A stretch of DNA of 64,000 nt from an uncultured Planctomycetia bacterium (GTDB lineage Bacteria; Omnitrophota; Gorgyraeia; JABMRG01; JAFGKX01): contig CAZMYR010000002.1 of the NCBI GenBank assembly GCA_964570585.1, positions 7,313 to 71,312 of the forward strand, written 5' to 3'. The position numbers were made by a program, and so were the translations under genes. Below, piece after piece: positions 38,357 through 48,316 of the stretch. Within the stretch, counting starts at the first letter, position 1, and each line of letters opens with the position of its first letter. The notes under the pieces are model-generated. The model saw nothing but the letters and a program-made list of their open reading frames with translations. It had not been told where the DNA came from and searched no databases.

Positions 38357-40095
38357 TTTTTTGGAAACGGTGCTATTCCTCTTTTATAAATATAGTAAAC
38401 AACATTATCTTCATCTTCTCTATCTTCTCTGACTACTCTGCCAGCCAAATAAAAATCTGAACGGGCCCCTTTTAGTTTTCTTAATAATAGAGACATTTCC
38501 TGATGCTCTTTATTTGAAAAACTTCTTAACTTTCCACCGTGGATTTCCTTGAATAATTCTATAAAATTTTCTCCCCCTGGCCACCTTACAGAACTACTCC
38601 TGGGTGCTTGCAATAGAATAAAATCTATAGAATCAAAATTTCTAAGAAAATATCTGTGCATCTCAGTTAAATCAATTGGCTCCAGATTATTGTTTTTTAA
38701 CCTTAACCAATATAATATCTCCAAACTTGTTCCTTGCCTGCCCTCACAATTGACGGAACCTATTTTAATGGGTTGACTCAAGGAAGCATGAGAACTTATG
38801 ATTTTAACAACTTCCTCTACCTTGAAATCCCGATAATGAGGCATAGCTTCATAATACGTGCGTCCAAATATTTTTATAGGACCCAAGGAAAATTCTCGAC
38901 AATTCCAATCACAATAGGAAAGGACGCAAAACTGAGTTAAGGAAAAGGCTATTATTATAGATAAAATAGGGATTTTTACCCACCTCTTTCTTGTGCTGCC
39001 CAGACCAAAGGCAGTTATCAGAGCTATAACTGGCAAAATAGGCATAAGAAAGCGGGGATGCTTTGCCGTAAATATTAAGCTAAACAGAAGAAAAGGAGCT
39101 ATCAACCAGAGCAAATATAGCCACTTAAATCTTAGCTTATGCTTTAAAAAAGCAACTAACGAAAAGAAAAATGGAATAAAAAGAAATATTCCTGTTGAAG
39201 TATCAGCTAATTTCCTCAGTTGCCAAGTCAAACTGTCTAAAGAATATTTTCCACCCATATCCCATAGTGGATCTAAGGCCTCTGGGCTACCAAAAATATG
39301 TTCCTTAAGACGAATTATTACTCCTGGAGTTTTATTTCCCCACCATATAGAACCAATTAATCCGGCAACAACTACAAAAAAAGCTATATTCTGCAGTTGT
39401 CTCCAACTTAAAAAAAATCTCTTGCCCAACCCTTTTGAATCTCTAAAGGCCTGGTAGATTATCCATAGGACTGGGCAGGTAATAAATAATACTATCTGCC
39501 CCTTAATTAACATTCCCCATCCTAAAGAAAGTCCTAAAAACAGGCTGTATTTGGTGTTTTTGAAATAGTTACATTTTAATAAAAATAAAATAGACAGGGT
39601 AACCATTGCAGTTAAGGGGAAATCTAAACCAAATTGTCGAGAACTTTCAAATATAAGGGGATACATAAATAATATAAAAGCTGCCAGAAGGCCTATAGCT
39701 CTTGAGTGTAACTCTTTGCCGATAAAGTAAATAGCTATAAGCAAGATTATAAGATAAGGAAATATAGCCAGCTTAGCAGATAACAAGGATTTTCCTAAAA
39801 GAAGATAAGATATAGTTGCGGTTAGGTTTAACCCATTGGGCCAGTAGACTGTGCTACACTCAGCGGGGTGGCCTATTAGTCTAAATACCTTTATTATCTT
39901 TGCCCAAAAAGCTTCATTGCCAATAAAAACAACATTAGAAAAGTCATAGAAAAAATTTATAAAGTAAAATAGATGATTTTGAGAATCTACTCCTTTTATA
40001 GAATTATCTCCCTTAACCCACATATAATTGACCATTACAGTAGTTATTATAAATAAAATTATTATTAAGGAAGCGATATTTAAAGATTTGTTCAT
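38353..40095 (-). CDS. GT-C superfamily membrane glycosyltransferase, tandem paralog 2
   Basis: The track ORF begins at GTG 40110. The ATG MNKSLNIASL at 40095 matches the paralog's start. Confidence 0.55.
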   Translation of the reverse strand: MNKSLNIASLIIILFIITTVMVNYMWVKGDNSIKGVDSQNHLFYFINFFYDFSNVVFIGNEAFWAKIIKVFRLIGHPAECSTVYWPNGLNLTATISYLLLGKSLLSAKLAIFPYLIILLIAIYFIGKELHSRAIGLLAAFILFMYPLIFESSRQFGLDFPLTAMVTLSILFLLKCNYFKNTKYSLFLGLSLGWGMLIKGQIVLFITCPVLWIIYQAFRDSKGLGKRFFLSWRQLQNIAFFVVVAGLIGSIWWGNKTPGVIIRLKEHIFGSPEALDPLWDMGGKYSLDSLTWQLRKLADTSTGIFLFIPFFFSLVAFLKHKLRFKWLYLLWLIAPFLLFSLIFTAKHPRFLMPILPVIALITAFGLGSTRKRWVKIPILSIIIAFSLTQFCVLSYCDWNCREFSLGPIKIFGRTYYEAMPHYRDFKVEEVVKIISSHASLSQPIKIGSVNCEGRQGTSLEILYWLRLKNNNLEPIDLTEMHRYFLRNFDSIDFILLQAPRSSSVRWPGGENFIELFKEIHGGKLRSFSNKEHQEMSLLLRKLKGARSDFYLAGRVVREDREDEDNVVYYIYKRGIAPFPKK

Positions 40096-40112
40096 TTTTA
40101 GAGAATGCACCG

Positions 40113-40141
40113 TCCCGACTTTTGGTCGGGACGGTGCTATT
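40113..40141. repeat. Perfect 13-bp-stem hairpin GCACCGTCCCGAC-tttt-GGTCGGGACGGTGC
   Basis: Sits between the hydrolase stop and the paralog 2 start. Its arm resembles the TIR of the 50793-50933 element and the motif at 38357-38372. Confidence 0.6.
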
Positions 40142-40158
40142 CTTCTTTAGAAGAATAT

Positions 40159-41526
40159 TTATAGCCACTTATCAAACCACTGGTACGCCTCTTCGTGTAA
40201 TTTCTCCGGGAAACCATGACTCCCCTCAAAGATAATCTTCTTCAGTTTATCTTCTGCCTTAAAAATCTTATAGAGTCTTTTGACTGAATTATATACCTTT
40301 AAAGTTCCTGCGATTGGAACAGTTTCATCTTCAGTCCCATTGATAATTAAAAGGGGGCGAGGGGCAATCAAAGAAAGTACATCCTGGCAATCTGCATATT
40401 TTAATATCCCCGACAACCAGGTTGATGGGGGCTCATGGAATCTATTATTCTCAATTAAAGATTTATAGCTAGTGACATAACCAGAAACTACAGCTACCTT
40501 TATTCGTTCATCCAAAGCAGCCAAAAAGGTGGCTCTTGTCCCTCCCATTGAATAACCGATACAGGCAATCCGATTAGGGTCAACTTCATCGCGAGTCAAC
40601 AGGTAATCAACCGACCTTATATCATCCCAAATAATCATTCCCAATAAATCTCTCCCTATCCATCGGCCTAAATAATCTATCAACTCTTCGTTAGCCCCTA
40701 TCCTCTCACCAAAGCACCTGGCATCAATTGCAAAACTAATATAACCCTTCTCAGCTAATTCCTTGGCATAAAATTGACTTGGATCATTACCAGCAATGCC
40801 TATTACTTCATCTGCGCCAAAACGATATTCTCCTGCATGTTGATGAAGAGCAATAATTGCAGGGGCCGGAAGAGGAATATTCTTGGGTATTAAGATATAT
40901 CCGGGAACTGATACCCCAGGTTCGCTATCGAAAATTATCTTCTCCCTAATATATTTACCGCAATCTACCTTTTCCACTATTCGAGAATTCAAGGGGGATT
41001 TTTCCGGAGAATAACCCATTAATTCGAATATCTTTTTACGCAATTTCTTAGTATGCCTTGTCTTTTGCCTTCTGGTCTTAATTGAATTTACAGACATAAT
41101 CTGCTTGGAGTTTAATATTTGCTCCTTGATGATGTTTACCGGAAAAAATGATTTATATTCTTCCTTTTCATATTCTCGTAAACGGATATGATAGGTAATA
41201 TTATCTAACACTTGATCAACATAAGAAACAATTTGCTCTCCTCGACCGGTTTTTCTTATGTAGCTTCTTAAAGCATTTAAATCTTTTATCATCTTATGCG
41301 AATCCTCTATCGAATAAGGAACATTATTGTCACCCGATTCATACCTTTCCATAATCTCTGTGAATCGACCTAATATATCTGTCTCATCTGAAAAATAATT
41401 ATCTTCCTGAACTATCTTCTCCGTTACCTTGTTTTTAGAAATTGCATTCTTTTCTAAGAAAATATAATTAGCCATTAATAACAATGCGCCCATTACTACA
41501 ACGATTAATATCTTCTTCATGTTCAC
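40159..41526 (-). CDS. Membrane-anchored alpha/beta-hydrolase (putative carbohydrate esterase)
   Basis: N-terminal TM. GYSMGG nucleophile elbow. Confidence 0.6.
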   Translation of the reverse strand: MNMKKILIVVVMGALLLMANYIFLEKNAISKNKVTEKIVQEDNYFSDETDILGRFTEIMERYESGDNNVPYSIEDSHKMIKDLNALRSYIRKTGRGEQIVSYVDQVLDNITYHIRLREYEKEEYKSFFPVNIIKEQILNSKQIMSVNSIKTRRQKTRHTKKLRKKIFELMGYSPEKSPLNSRIVEKVDCGKYIREKIIFDSEPGVSVPGYILIPKNIPLPAPAIIALHQHAGEYRFGADEVIGIAGNDPSQFYAKELAEKGYISFAIDARCFGERIGANEELIDYLGRWIGRDLLGMIIWDDIRSVDYLLTRDEVDPNRIACIGYSMGGTRATFLAALDERIKVAVVSGYVTSYKSLIENNRFHEPPSTWLSGILKYADCQDVLSLIAPRPLLIINGTEDETVPIAGTLKVYNSVKRLYKIFKAEDKLKKIIFEGSHGFPEKLHEEAYQWFDKWL

Positions 41527-41554
41527 GCCCCCATAAAAGCGGTATAACTTTGCT

Positions 41555-43000
41555 TTACTTATCTATATTATCATATGCATAAATGTGAAAATAGATAATT
41601 AGGTAAGCAAAACTTAAACCACATTTCAATCCACGAAACATATAGACGAATAAATATAAGAAATATTTAAGCCTCTGTCTCTTTAGTATCCTCGACAGCC
41701 TTCGCCCAAAGGTAAAAAAGTAGGCCTTTATCTGGTACCACTCCGCCTGTCTCGGTGATAAGTCTTTGTTATATATAACCGCATCAAAAGTGATATTATC
41801 AGTCATTCGCCATCTCTTCTCATCTATCCGCCCTCCACAATCATGAATCTGTCTAATCCCTTCTTGGGTGAAAGGCTTATAGATAAAGAAGGCGGATCTT
41901 TCCCCATCGAGTTCCAAGGCAAAGTTTATTGTTCTTTGGAGCGTCCTTGGCGACTCACAAGGACCGCCAAGCATATAGTAGGCAGTAATATTAATGCCAG
42001 CTTTATGTAATAATTTAAATATCTTACGAACCTTATTATCAGAAATTCTCTTTTTGTAAATTTCACTTCGGATAAATTGGTCTCCAGCTTCAACGCCCAC
42101 TCTGATTACTGCACAGCCAGATTTCGCTAATATTTTTATCTTACGTTCGTCTAAATGGTCTATCCTTGAGAAAACACTAAACTTAAGTTTCCTATGTAAG
42201 CCTTGCCTTCTATATTCATCACAAAATGCTTGTACCCAGTCATAATCCATAGTGAAGACAGGATCGAATAACTGGGCTAATCGGAGGTCTCTACTTTTAT
42301 ATTTCTCCCATTGAAAAGCTATTTCTTGTGCATATTTTATCGAATCACGAATACGAAAATAACGCCCTTTAACTGCCTTAGCTATCCCATGGGCATCGCA
42401 AAAGGTGCATTTGTAAGGACAGCCTCTGCTCCCTATTATATAAAGCATTCCTAAATGATAAAAATATTTATCTAAATCGCTCCATAAATCCCAATCGGGA
42501 ACGGGCAAATCATCGAGATTCTCACGAAAATAACCAATGGGGTTTTTTACTATTTTTTCATTTTCCTTCGTCCAGATTCCTGTAATGCCTGAAATACTTT
42601 TCCCTTCTGAAAGATGATCAAGATATTTTCTGAGGGGCCCCTCTCCATCACCTATACATACTGCATCGCATTCAGGAATCTTAAGAGTATCCTCAGGGTA
42701 TATAGAGGCATGATGCCCACCCAAGATAACGGGCAAACCGAAAGTGGATTTTATTTCCTTCATTATTTTCTTTACGTATTGCATATACATAGTATTACAG
42801 GAAATTCCTATGATATCCGGCTTTTTTTCTTTTATCTCTCTTCTTAATGTATCTTGCCAGTGTCTTCTATGAAAGGTTAAATCTATAATATTGGCCGAAT
42901 GGTTCGTTCGCTCATTAAGATATGTTGCCAGTGAGGTTATGGCTATATCCAGGGCACTAAAATCTCCTCCTAAACAAGAATTTATAAAGGTTAAGCGCAT
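41555..43000 (-). CDS. Cobalamin-binding (class B) radical SAM enzyme
   Basis: CPYKCTFC. N-terminal B12-binding-like domain (IIGISCNTMY...VILGGHHAS). Confidence 0.8.
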   Translation of the reverse strand: MRLTFINSCLGGDFSALDIAITSLATYLNERTNHSANIIDLTFHRRHWQDTLRREIKEKKPDIIGISCNTMYMQYVKKIMKEIKSTFGLPVILGGHHASIYPEDTLKIPECDAVCIGDGEGPLRKYLDHLSEGKSISGITGIWTKENEKIVKNPIGYFRENLDDLPVPDWDLWSDLDKYFYHLGMLYIIGSRGCPYKCTFCDAHGIAKAVKGRYFRIRDSIKYAQEIAFQWEKYKSRDLRLAQLFDPVFTMDYDWVQAFCDEYRRQGLHRKLKFSVFSRIDHLDERKIKILAKSGCAVIRVGVEAGDQFIRSEIYKKRISDNKVRKIFKLLHKAGINITAYYMLGGPCESPRTLQRTINFALELDGERSAFFIYKPFTQEGIRQIHDCGGRIDEKRWRMTDNITFDAVIYNKDLSPRQAEWYQIKAYFFTFGRRLSRILKRQRLKYFLYLFVYMFRGLKCGLSFAYLIIYFHIYAYDNIDK

Positions 43001-43001
43001 T

Positions 43002-44381
43002 TTAGAAAAACCTCCTCATCTTAATATATAACCTAACAATGCCCGTTAGGGAGAGAAAATGTTTGAGAAGGTATATCCATCGCCGGGGGTGAAGATAAAA
43101 CAAGAATAGGGCTTTTCTTTGAAAATGCACTAACCTCTTGGCTTTAAAATTTCCCCCTGAATAGGGAACTTTTCTATAATAATCAAAGTCGGAATAATTA
43201 TCACTCAAGTTATATTTCTCATTATCCCTTACCATATCGTATAATCGTGTACCAGGAAAAGGTACAACAATGGAAAAACTCGCCTCACTAAGGCCTGAAG
43301 ACACAGCCAGCTTTATGGTTTTGCCAATTTCCTCTTCTGTCTCAGTAGGCGCACCCAGCATAAAAAATCCACCGGTATGGATACCTATCTTTTTAGCTGT
43401 TTTAATTATTTTATTAACCTTATCTAATCTAATTCCTTTCTGATATACTTCATTCAATATCCGCTGAGAGCCAGATTCGATACCGAAATGAATACTTCTT
43501 GCACCAACCTCATACATTCGGTGCATCAATTTTTCATCCATACCACTAATTCGACTATTACAACCCCAGAGAATCTTAATCTTTTCCTTATCCAGAATAT
43601 CAAAAAATCGATACGCCCACTTTCTGTCTATTCCAAATGTATCATCATGAAAAAAAAATTTATTCACTTTAAATTTATCTATATAATGTGCTATTTCTTT
43701 TACCAGATATTCCGGGCTTTTATATCTGGCCCGATCACCGAATATCTTTTTTAAGGTTGGCTGGCAAAAAGAACAATTAAAAGCACACCCCCTGGAAGCT
43801 ATTATATTGATGCCTCTTGACCGGGGGGTTACACTATCGAGATAATGCCAGTAGTTAAAATATTTATTCATATCAACAAGATCCAGCGCAGGAAACTCTA
43901 AAGAATCCAAATTAGATATAGGCTCCCTTGAAGGATTCTTCCTTATATGATAATTGTTCTTATGCCAGATTCCTTTAATTTGAGATTGGGCATCCGATGG
44001 TAATGCTTCTATTAGTTCAGCCATAGTCTTTTCTCCTTCACCAATAACTACTATATCAACATCGTCAATAATAGACTCCGGACAGACAGTAGCATGAGGA
44101 CCACCGCCAACTACAATTGCTCCCATTCCTTTCGCTATTCGTGCAATATTCTTCCCATTATTATACATAAGAGTATCAAAATAAATTCCTGCCAGCTCAG
44201 GTTTTTTTGCCTGTAAATAGGCTGAGACATAACTAAAAGAGGGATGAAATGTAGTATCTAAAATTGAAACTTCTACATCTAATCTATTTCTTAAATAAGA
44301 AGCGATATAACAGAGCCCCAGGGGCGGGTCCCCTGATTTATATTTGAACCTGGGAAAAACTAAGCATATTTTTCTAATCAA
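43002..44381 (-). CDS. Cobalamin-binding (class B) radical SAM enzyme
   Basis: CAFNCSFC. B12-binding-like N-terminus. Confidence 0.8.
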   Translation of the reverse strand: MIRKICLVFPRFKYKSGDPPLGLCYIASYLRNRLDVEVSILDTTFHPSFSYVSAYLQAKKPELAGIYFDTLMYNNGKNIARIAKGMGAIVVGGGPHATVCPESIIDDVDIVVIGEGEKTMAELIEALPSDAQSQIKGIWHKNNYHIRKNPSREPISNLDSLEFPALDLVDMNKYFNYWHYLDSVTPRSRGINIIASRGCAFNCSFCQPTLKKIFGDRARYKSPEYLVKEIAHYIDKFKVNKFFFHDDTFGIDRKWAYRFFDILDKEKIKILWGCNSRISGMDEKLMHRMYEVGARSIHFGIESGSQRILNEVYQKGIRLDKVNKIIKTAKKIGIHTGGFFMLGAPTETEEEIGKTIKLAVSSGLSEASFSIVVPFPGTRLYDMVRDNEKYNLSDNYSDFDYYRKVPYSGGNFKAKRLVHFQRKALFLFYLHPRRWIYLLKHFLSLTGIVRLYIKMRRFF

Positions 44382-46306
44382 AATTTAGTCCATATATCCT
44401 TATTGTGAAATCCAGCTAAAAATACCTTCCTGTATTCTTTTTCATCAATCATCTTTAAGTAACTGTCCACAATTTTAACATCATAAAATCCATCATCTGT
44501 AATATACGGAGAATATGGCTTAGCAAACTCCTTGGCAAGACCCTCTCCTACTCCCTGGAAAAAATATCTTTTATAATCATCTCTCACAAAAGAACTAATC
44601 TTTTTAATCATTTTCTTATCTCTTTGGAAATCAAATTCTTCTTCATGCGTATATTTATCTGAATTTGAACGTGGATTATAGATAAGTTTAACAAGGCCTT
44701 CCCCTAAACCTACATAGCAAAATTTCCAATATTTTTTATCTATTTTTTCTATTATTGATAAAACCTCTTTTATATCACCATTCAATTTTAAAAAATCCCC
44801 ATTTATATACCCTTGATACAAATATCTCAACTTGTTTATATTATCACTACTAAGATATTCGAAATCCTTTTGAATTGAATCAACATTTTTGGTGTCAGCA
44901 TAGTAAGCCCCTGCGGTATGGCAGACATTGATATTTAATTTATCGCACATAAGCTTATGCACTGATATTGGCTTCTTAACCAGTAATTCAATTGTATCTT
45001 TTTCCTCATAAAAATAGATGTAATGTTTATAAAAATCCTTCATGGAAGCGGTTGTAAAATTATGATATTGATAAATAATCCCCGGGGATAAGGCAAAAAT
45101 CAATAAAAAAATGGAAATATATCTATTCTTCTTCCATGCCTCACTTAAAAAGATTACTATTAGTAAAATAATATTCAAGAATAGAGGTAAATAATACTTG
45201 TAATTATGCATTTCCCTTTCGTTAAAACAAAATATAAATATATAGATAAAGAGATGGACTAGAAGAAAGATTGTAATATATTTTCTAATTGGAATAGCAT
45301 GCTTTCTTGTCAGGGAAAAAGCATTGCAGATTATTTTCTTCAAGTTTCCTTTATTAATCCAACATAATGATACGCAAGAAGTAATGAATACTAATCGGAG
45401 CATCTCTAAGGAAATTCTTGATAAGGTAGTTAAATTATAAAAATATGACCTCAAAGGTTGAGTAAATAATTCACTAAAATGGCCTTTCGAAAATGCAAAT
45501 ACATTAGGGGTAATCTTAAAAAAAAGAAGGATAAATCGAGCTGGTATTGAAAAAATATTGCCAGATATAATTATATTTTTTCTTGGCAACGTGGCTACGT
45601 TATAAAAATTACGATACCAAGGACTCCCAAATTCCAAAAAATTGCCAGCTATTATTACACAAATAATTACTATTGCATATTTATAAATAAAAGAGGGGCT
45701 CTTTATATCTATATCCAATAATAAAAATAATCCAAAGACAAAAAAAGTTACTAAAAATGCGGGATAAAAATATACTCCTAGGCCACAGGTTATTCCAAAA
45801 AGCAGATAATTCAAAATCCTTTTTTTTTCTTTAATTTTAGAAAAAAGGTATAAACTCAAGATAAAGAAAAGATTTAAATGAAAGTGTCTGCCTTCACCCG
45901 CACCCGAATGTGCTGTAAGCATTCCTGGGGTAATGACAAATAAAAAAGAGGCGAATATCGCTATTTTTGAATCAAAATATTTATTACAAAACTTATAAAG
46001 TAGGAGGTATGTTAAAATAAGAAAGATAATGCTTGCTAACCTTAAGGAAAAATAAGACTTTCCAAACAGTAAAATGAAGGGGACAGCAGTGATGCTATAT
46101 AGGAAATGCCCTCCTCCTGCATAAGGTGTGTTTATCTGAAAGAGAAAAGGAGAAGGAAAAATACCATTAGCTATATGGGTGCTAATAAATAGATTATATT
46201 TAGCCGCAGTATCTATAAAATAAGGGGTATTGATTATTTTTATTACTCTACTGGCTACTAAAATGACTAATAAAAAATAAAATAAAAATTTTGCCCTATT
46301 TCTCAT
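44378..46306 (-). CDS. Large polytopic membrane protein, GT-C-like glycosyltransferase
   Basis: 642 aa. >10 TM followed by a soluble C-terminal domain. Confidence 0.45.
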   Translation of the reverse strand: MRNRAKFLFYFLLVILVASRVIKIINTPYFIDTAAKYNLFISTHIANGIFPSPFLFQINTPYAGGGHFLYSITAVPFILLFGKSYFSLRLASIIFLILTYLLLYKFCNKYFDSKIAIFASFLFVITPGMLTAHSGAGEGRHFHLNLFFILSLYLFSKIKEKKRILNYLLFGITCGLGVYFYPAFLVTFFVFGLFLLLDIDIKSPSFIYKYAIVIICVIIAGNFLEFGSPWYRNFYNVATLPRKNIIISGNIFSIPARFILLFFKITPNVFAFSKGHFSELFTQPLRSYFYNLTTLSRISLEMLRLVFITSCVSLCWINKGNLKKIICNAFSLTRKHAIPIRKYITIFLLVHLFIYIFIFCFNEREMHNYKYYLPLFLNIILLIVIFLSEAWKKNRYISIFLLIFALSPGIIYQYHNFTTASMKDFYKHYIYFYEEKDTIELLVKKPISVHKLMCDKLNINVCHTAGAYYADTKNVDSIQKDFEYLSSDNINKLRYLYQGYINGDFLKLNGDIKEVLSIIEKIDKKYWKFCYVGLGEGLVKLIYNPRSNSDKYTHEEEFDFQRDKKMIKKISSFVRDDYKRYFFQGVGEGLAKEFAKPYSPYITDDGFYDVKIVDSYLKMIDEKEYRKVFLAGFHNKDIWTKF

Positions 46307-46347
46307 TCTTCTTTATCTTTGATAAACCAAATCCATCCTCAATTATG

Positions 46348-47055
46348 CTACTGTGCATTAACCCATAATCTTGGCAGCTCCAAAATGGCTTTACAAGTTC
46401 CGCTGAATCCCAATTTAGATCTACCCTCTCTGCGTTTCACAAACACGATTGGAACCTCAGTAAAACTACAGCCCAAACTCAGACAGCGGCTTAACATCTC
46501 TATTTGGAATAAATAGCCATGAGATTTAATGGTATCAAATTGTATGTTAGCTAAAACATCCTTCTTGAAACAGCGAAAGCCGCCGGTGCAATCTTTTATA
46601 CCCGGTCTTAACCAAAGGCGAACAAAAAGATTGGCGATGGAGGTGAGAATTTTTCTCCTTAACTTCCGATTAACTACCCTAGCGCCAGGGACATATCTTG
46701 AGCCAATACTGATGTCTTTATCTTTGGCTGCCTCAAGCAAACTACCCAGATATCTGGGGTGATGTGAAAAATCGGCATCCATCTGAATAATCAGTTGGTA
46801 TGATGGAGAACAGGATAAGATATACCTAAAACTGGTCAGATAAGCTCCTCCCAGACCATCTTTTTCTGGCCGATGTATAACCTTTATCTTATTTGACCTT
46901 TTAGCTAATCTATCCAACACTTCCCCGGTCCCATCAGGAGAGTTATCGTCTACAACTAAAATGTCAAATTCTGGCTGAAAATAAAAAATCTGTGAAATTA
47001 ATTCCTCGATATTCTGCACTTCGTTATAGGTTGGAATCACTACTACTGTTTTCAT
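46348..47055 (-). CDS. GT2 polyprenyl-phosphate sugar synthase (DPM1-like, soluble form)
   Basis: VVVIPTYNEVQNI...ILVVDDNSPDGT. Confidence 0.75.
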   Translation of the reverse strand: MKTVVVIPTYNEVQNIEELISQIFYFQPEFDILVVDDNSPDGTGEVLDRLAKRSNKIKVIHRPEKDGLGGAYLTSFRYILSCSPSYQLIIQMDADFSHHPRYLGSLLEAAKDKDISIGSRYVPGARVVNRKLRRKILTSIANLFVRLWLRPGIKDCTGGFRCFKKDVLANIQFDTIKSHGYLFQIEMLSRCLSLGCSFTEVPIVFVKRREGRSKLGFSGTCKAILELPRLWVNAQ

Positions 47056-48314
47056 TGTTTACCGACAAGCCTCTTTAAACAATCAGCAATATAAAGCATA
47101 TGTCTTTCTTTGAGGGGGGGATGGATAGGTAGATAAAGATTATCCATGAATAGGGCATCGCTTATAGGGCAATCTGTCTTAAATCTTCGAAATTCCTCCA
47201 AAACAGAGCAAGATTTAACGTAACCTTCAGTGACGTCAATCCCTCGCTTCAATAACTTTTTTATTATCCGTTTTTTGTTTTTAACTTGAATAACATAATT
47301 AAGATAAATACTTTTTATATAAGGCAGAGTATGAGGAATCTTAAGACCGGAATCTTTAAGCACATTGGTTAAAATCTTGGCATTTTCTATTCTCATATTA
47401 TTATACTTATCTAATTCTTCTAATTGCTTTAACCCAATTGCTGCCTGAAGATTGGTAAATTTAACCCGATATTTTTCTGGTAGAGTAGTTTGATTTAAAT
47501 TAAGCTCCTTTTTACCCTCTAACAAATTGTATAGTAAATTGTCGTTAACCAAATTCAAAAGGCGAATTATTGGAAAAACAAAAATAGTAAATGGTAGGGG
47601 ATAAGTAAAAAAAGAAAGGATTGAAGCAGAAATCAGTCGTTTTATCAACTCACTACCTTTAGGATATTTAAAGGCGCTAATTTCCTTTCTAATCTTATCT
47701 GTCAAATCACTATTGTTTGTTATGATCGCACCTCCTCCCAGAGTATTTAGATTCTTCGTTAGACTAAAGCTAAAATAAGAAAGATGGCCGAATGAACCAA
47801 CTTTTTTCCCTTTATACTCAGCACCGCAGGCTTGAGCGCAATCTTCTATAATCTTCAAACTATATTTTCTTGCTACCTTTAAAATTAAATCAATATCACA
47901 GGGTTGCCCATAGATATGAGTTAAAAGCAAAAACTTCGTTTTTGGTGAAACCCTTTCCTCAATTAGGTGAGGATTCATATTATATGTTCCCGGGTCAATA
48001 TCCACAAACACCGGTTTTGCTCCATAATAAACGATTATAGCAACGACCTCAGGAACAGTGTACGCAGAAAGTATAATCTCCTCACCCTTCTTAATATCCA
48101 GCGCTTTTAAGCAAAGGTACAACGATACTGTGCCCGAGGAAGTAGCAATAGCATACTTGGCGCCGATATACTTAGCAAACTCATCCTCAAACTTGGGTAG
48201 AGCTCCCCCCCCAAATACTTTCCTTGCTATAATGACAGAAAATGCTTCTCTGAATGCCAAAGAGGAAAAATGCACTTTTCCTCGAGGTATTTTGATTAAA
48301 AATGGAGTTGCCAT
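47052..48314 (-). CDS. DegT/DnrJ/EryC1/StrS-family PLP-dependent sugar aminotransferase
   Basis: ATSSGTVSL... SFSLTKNL (Lys) motifs. Confidence 0.8.
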   Translation of the reverse strand: MATPFLIKIPRGKVHFSSLAFREAFSVIIARKVFGGGALPKFEDEFAKYIGAKYAIATSSGTVSLYLCLKALDIKKGEEIILSAYTVPEVVAIIVYYGAKPVFVDIDPGTYNMNPHLIEERVSPKTKFLLLTHIYGQPCDIDLILKVARKYSLKIIEDCAQACGAEYKGKKVGSFGHLSYFSFSLTKNLNTLGGGAIITNNSDLTDKIRKEISAFKYPKGSELIKRLISASILSFFTYPLPFTIFVFPIIRLLNLVNDNLLYNLLEGKKELNLNQTTLPEKYRVKFTNLQAAIGLKQLEELDKYNNMRIENAKILTNVLKDSGLKIPHTLPYIKSIYLNYVIQVKNKKRIIKKLLKRGIDVTEGYVKSCSVLEEFRRFKTDCPISDALFMDNLYLPIHPPLKERHMLYIADCLKRLVGKQ

Positions 48315-48316
48315 AT

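Noticed and set aside
37254-39457. Plus-strand ORFs of 105 and 154 aa (37254..37571, 38993..39457) and similar antisense ORFs inside other large genes (e.g. 51423..51858, 58603..58851, 63146..63487)
   Set aside because: They lie antisense within long, motif-supported minus-strand genes and have lysine/arginine-rich low-complexity translations typical of AT-rich antisense frames.
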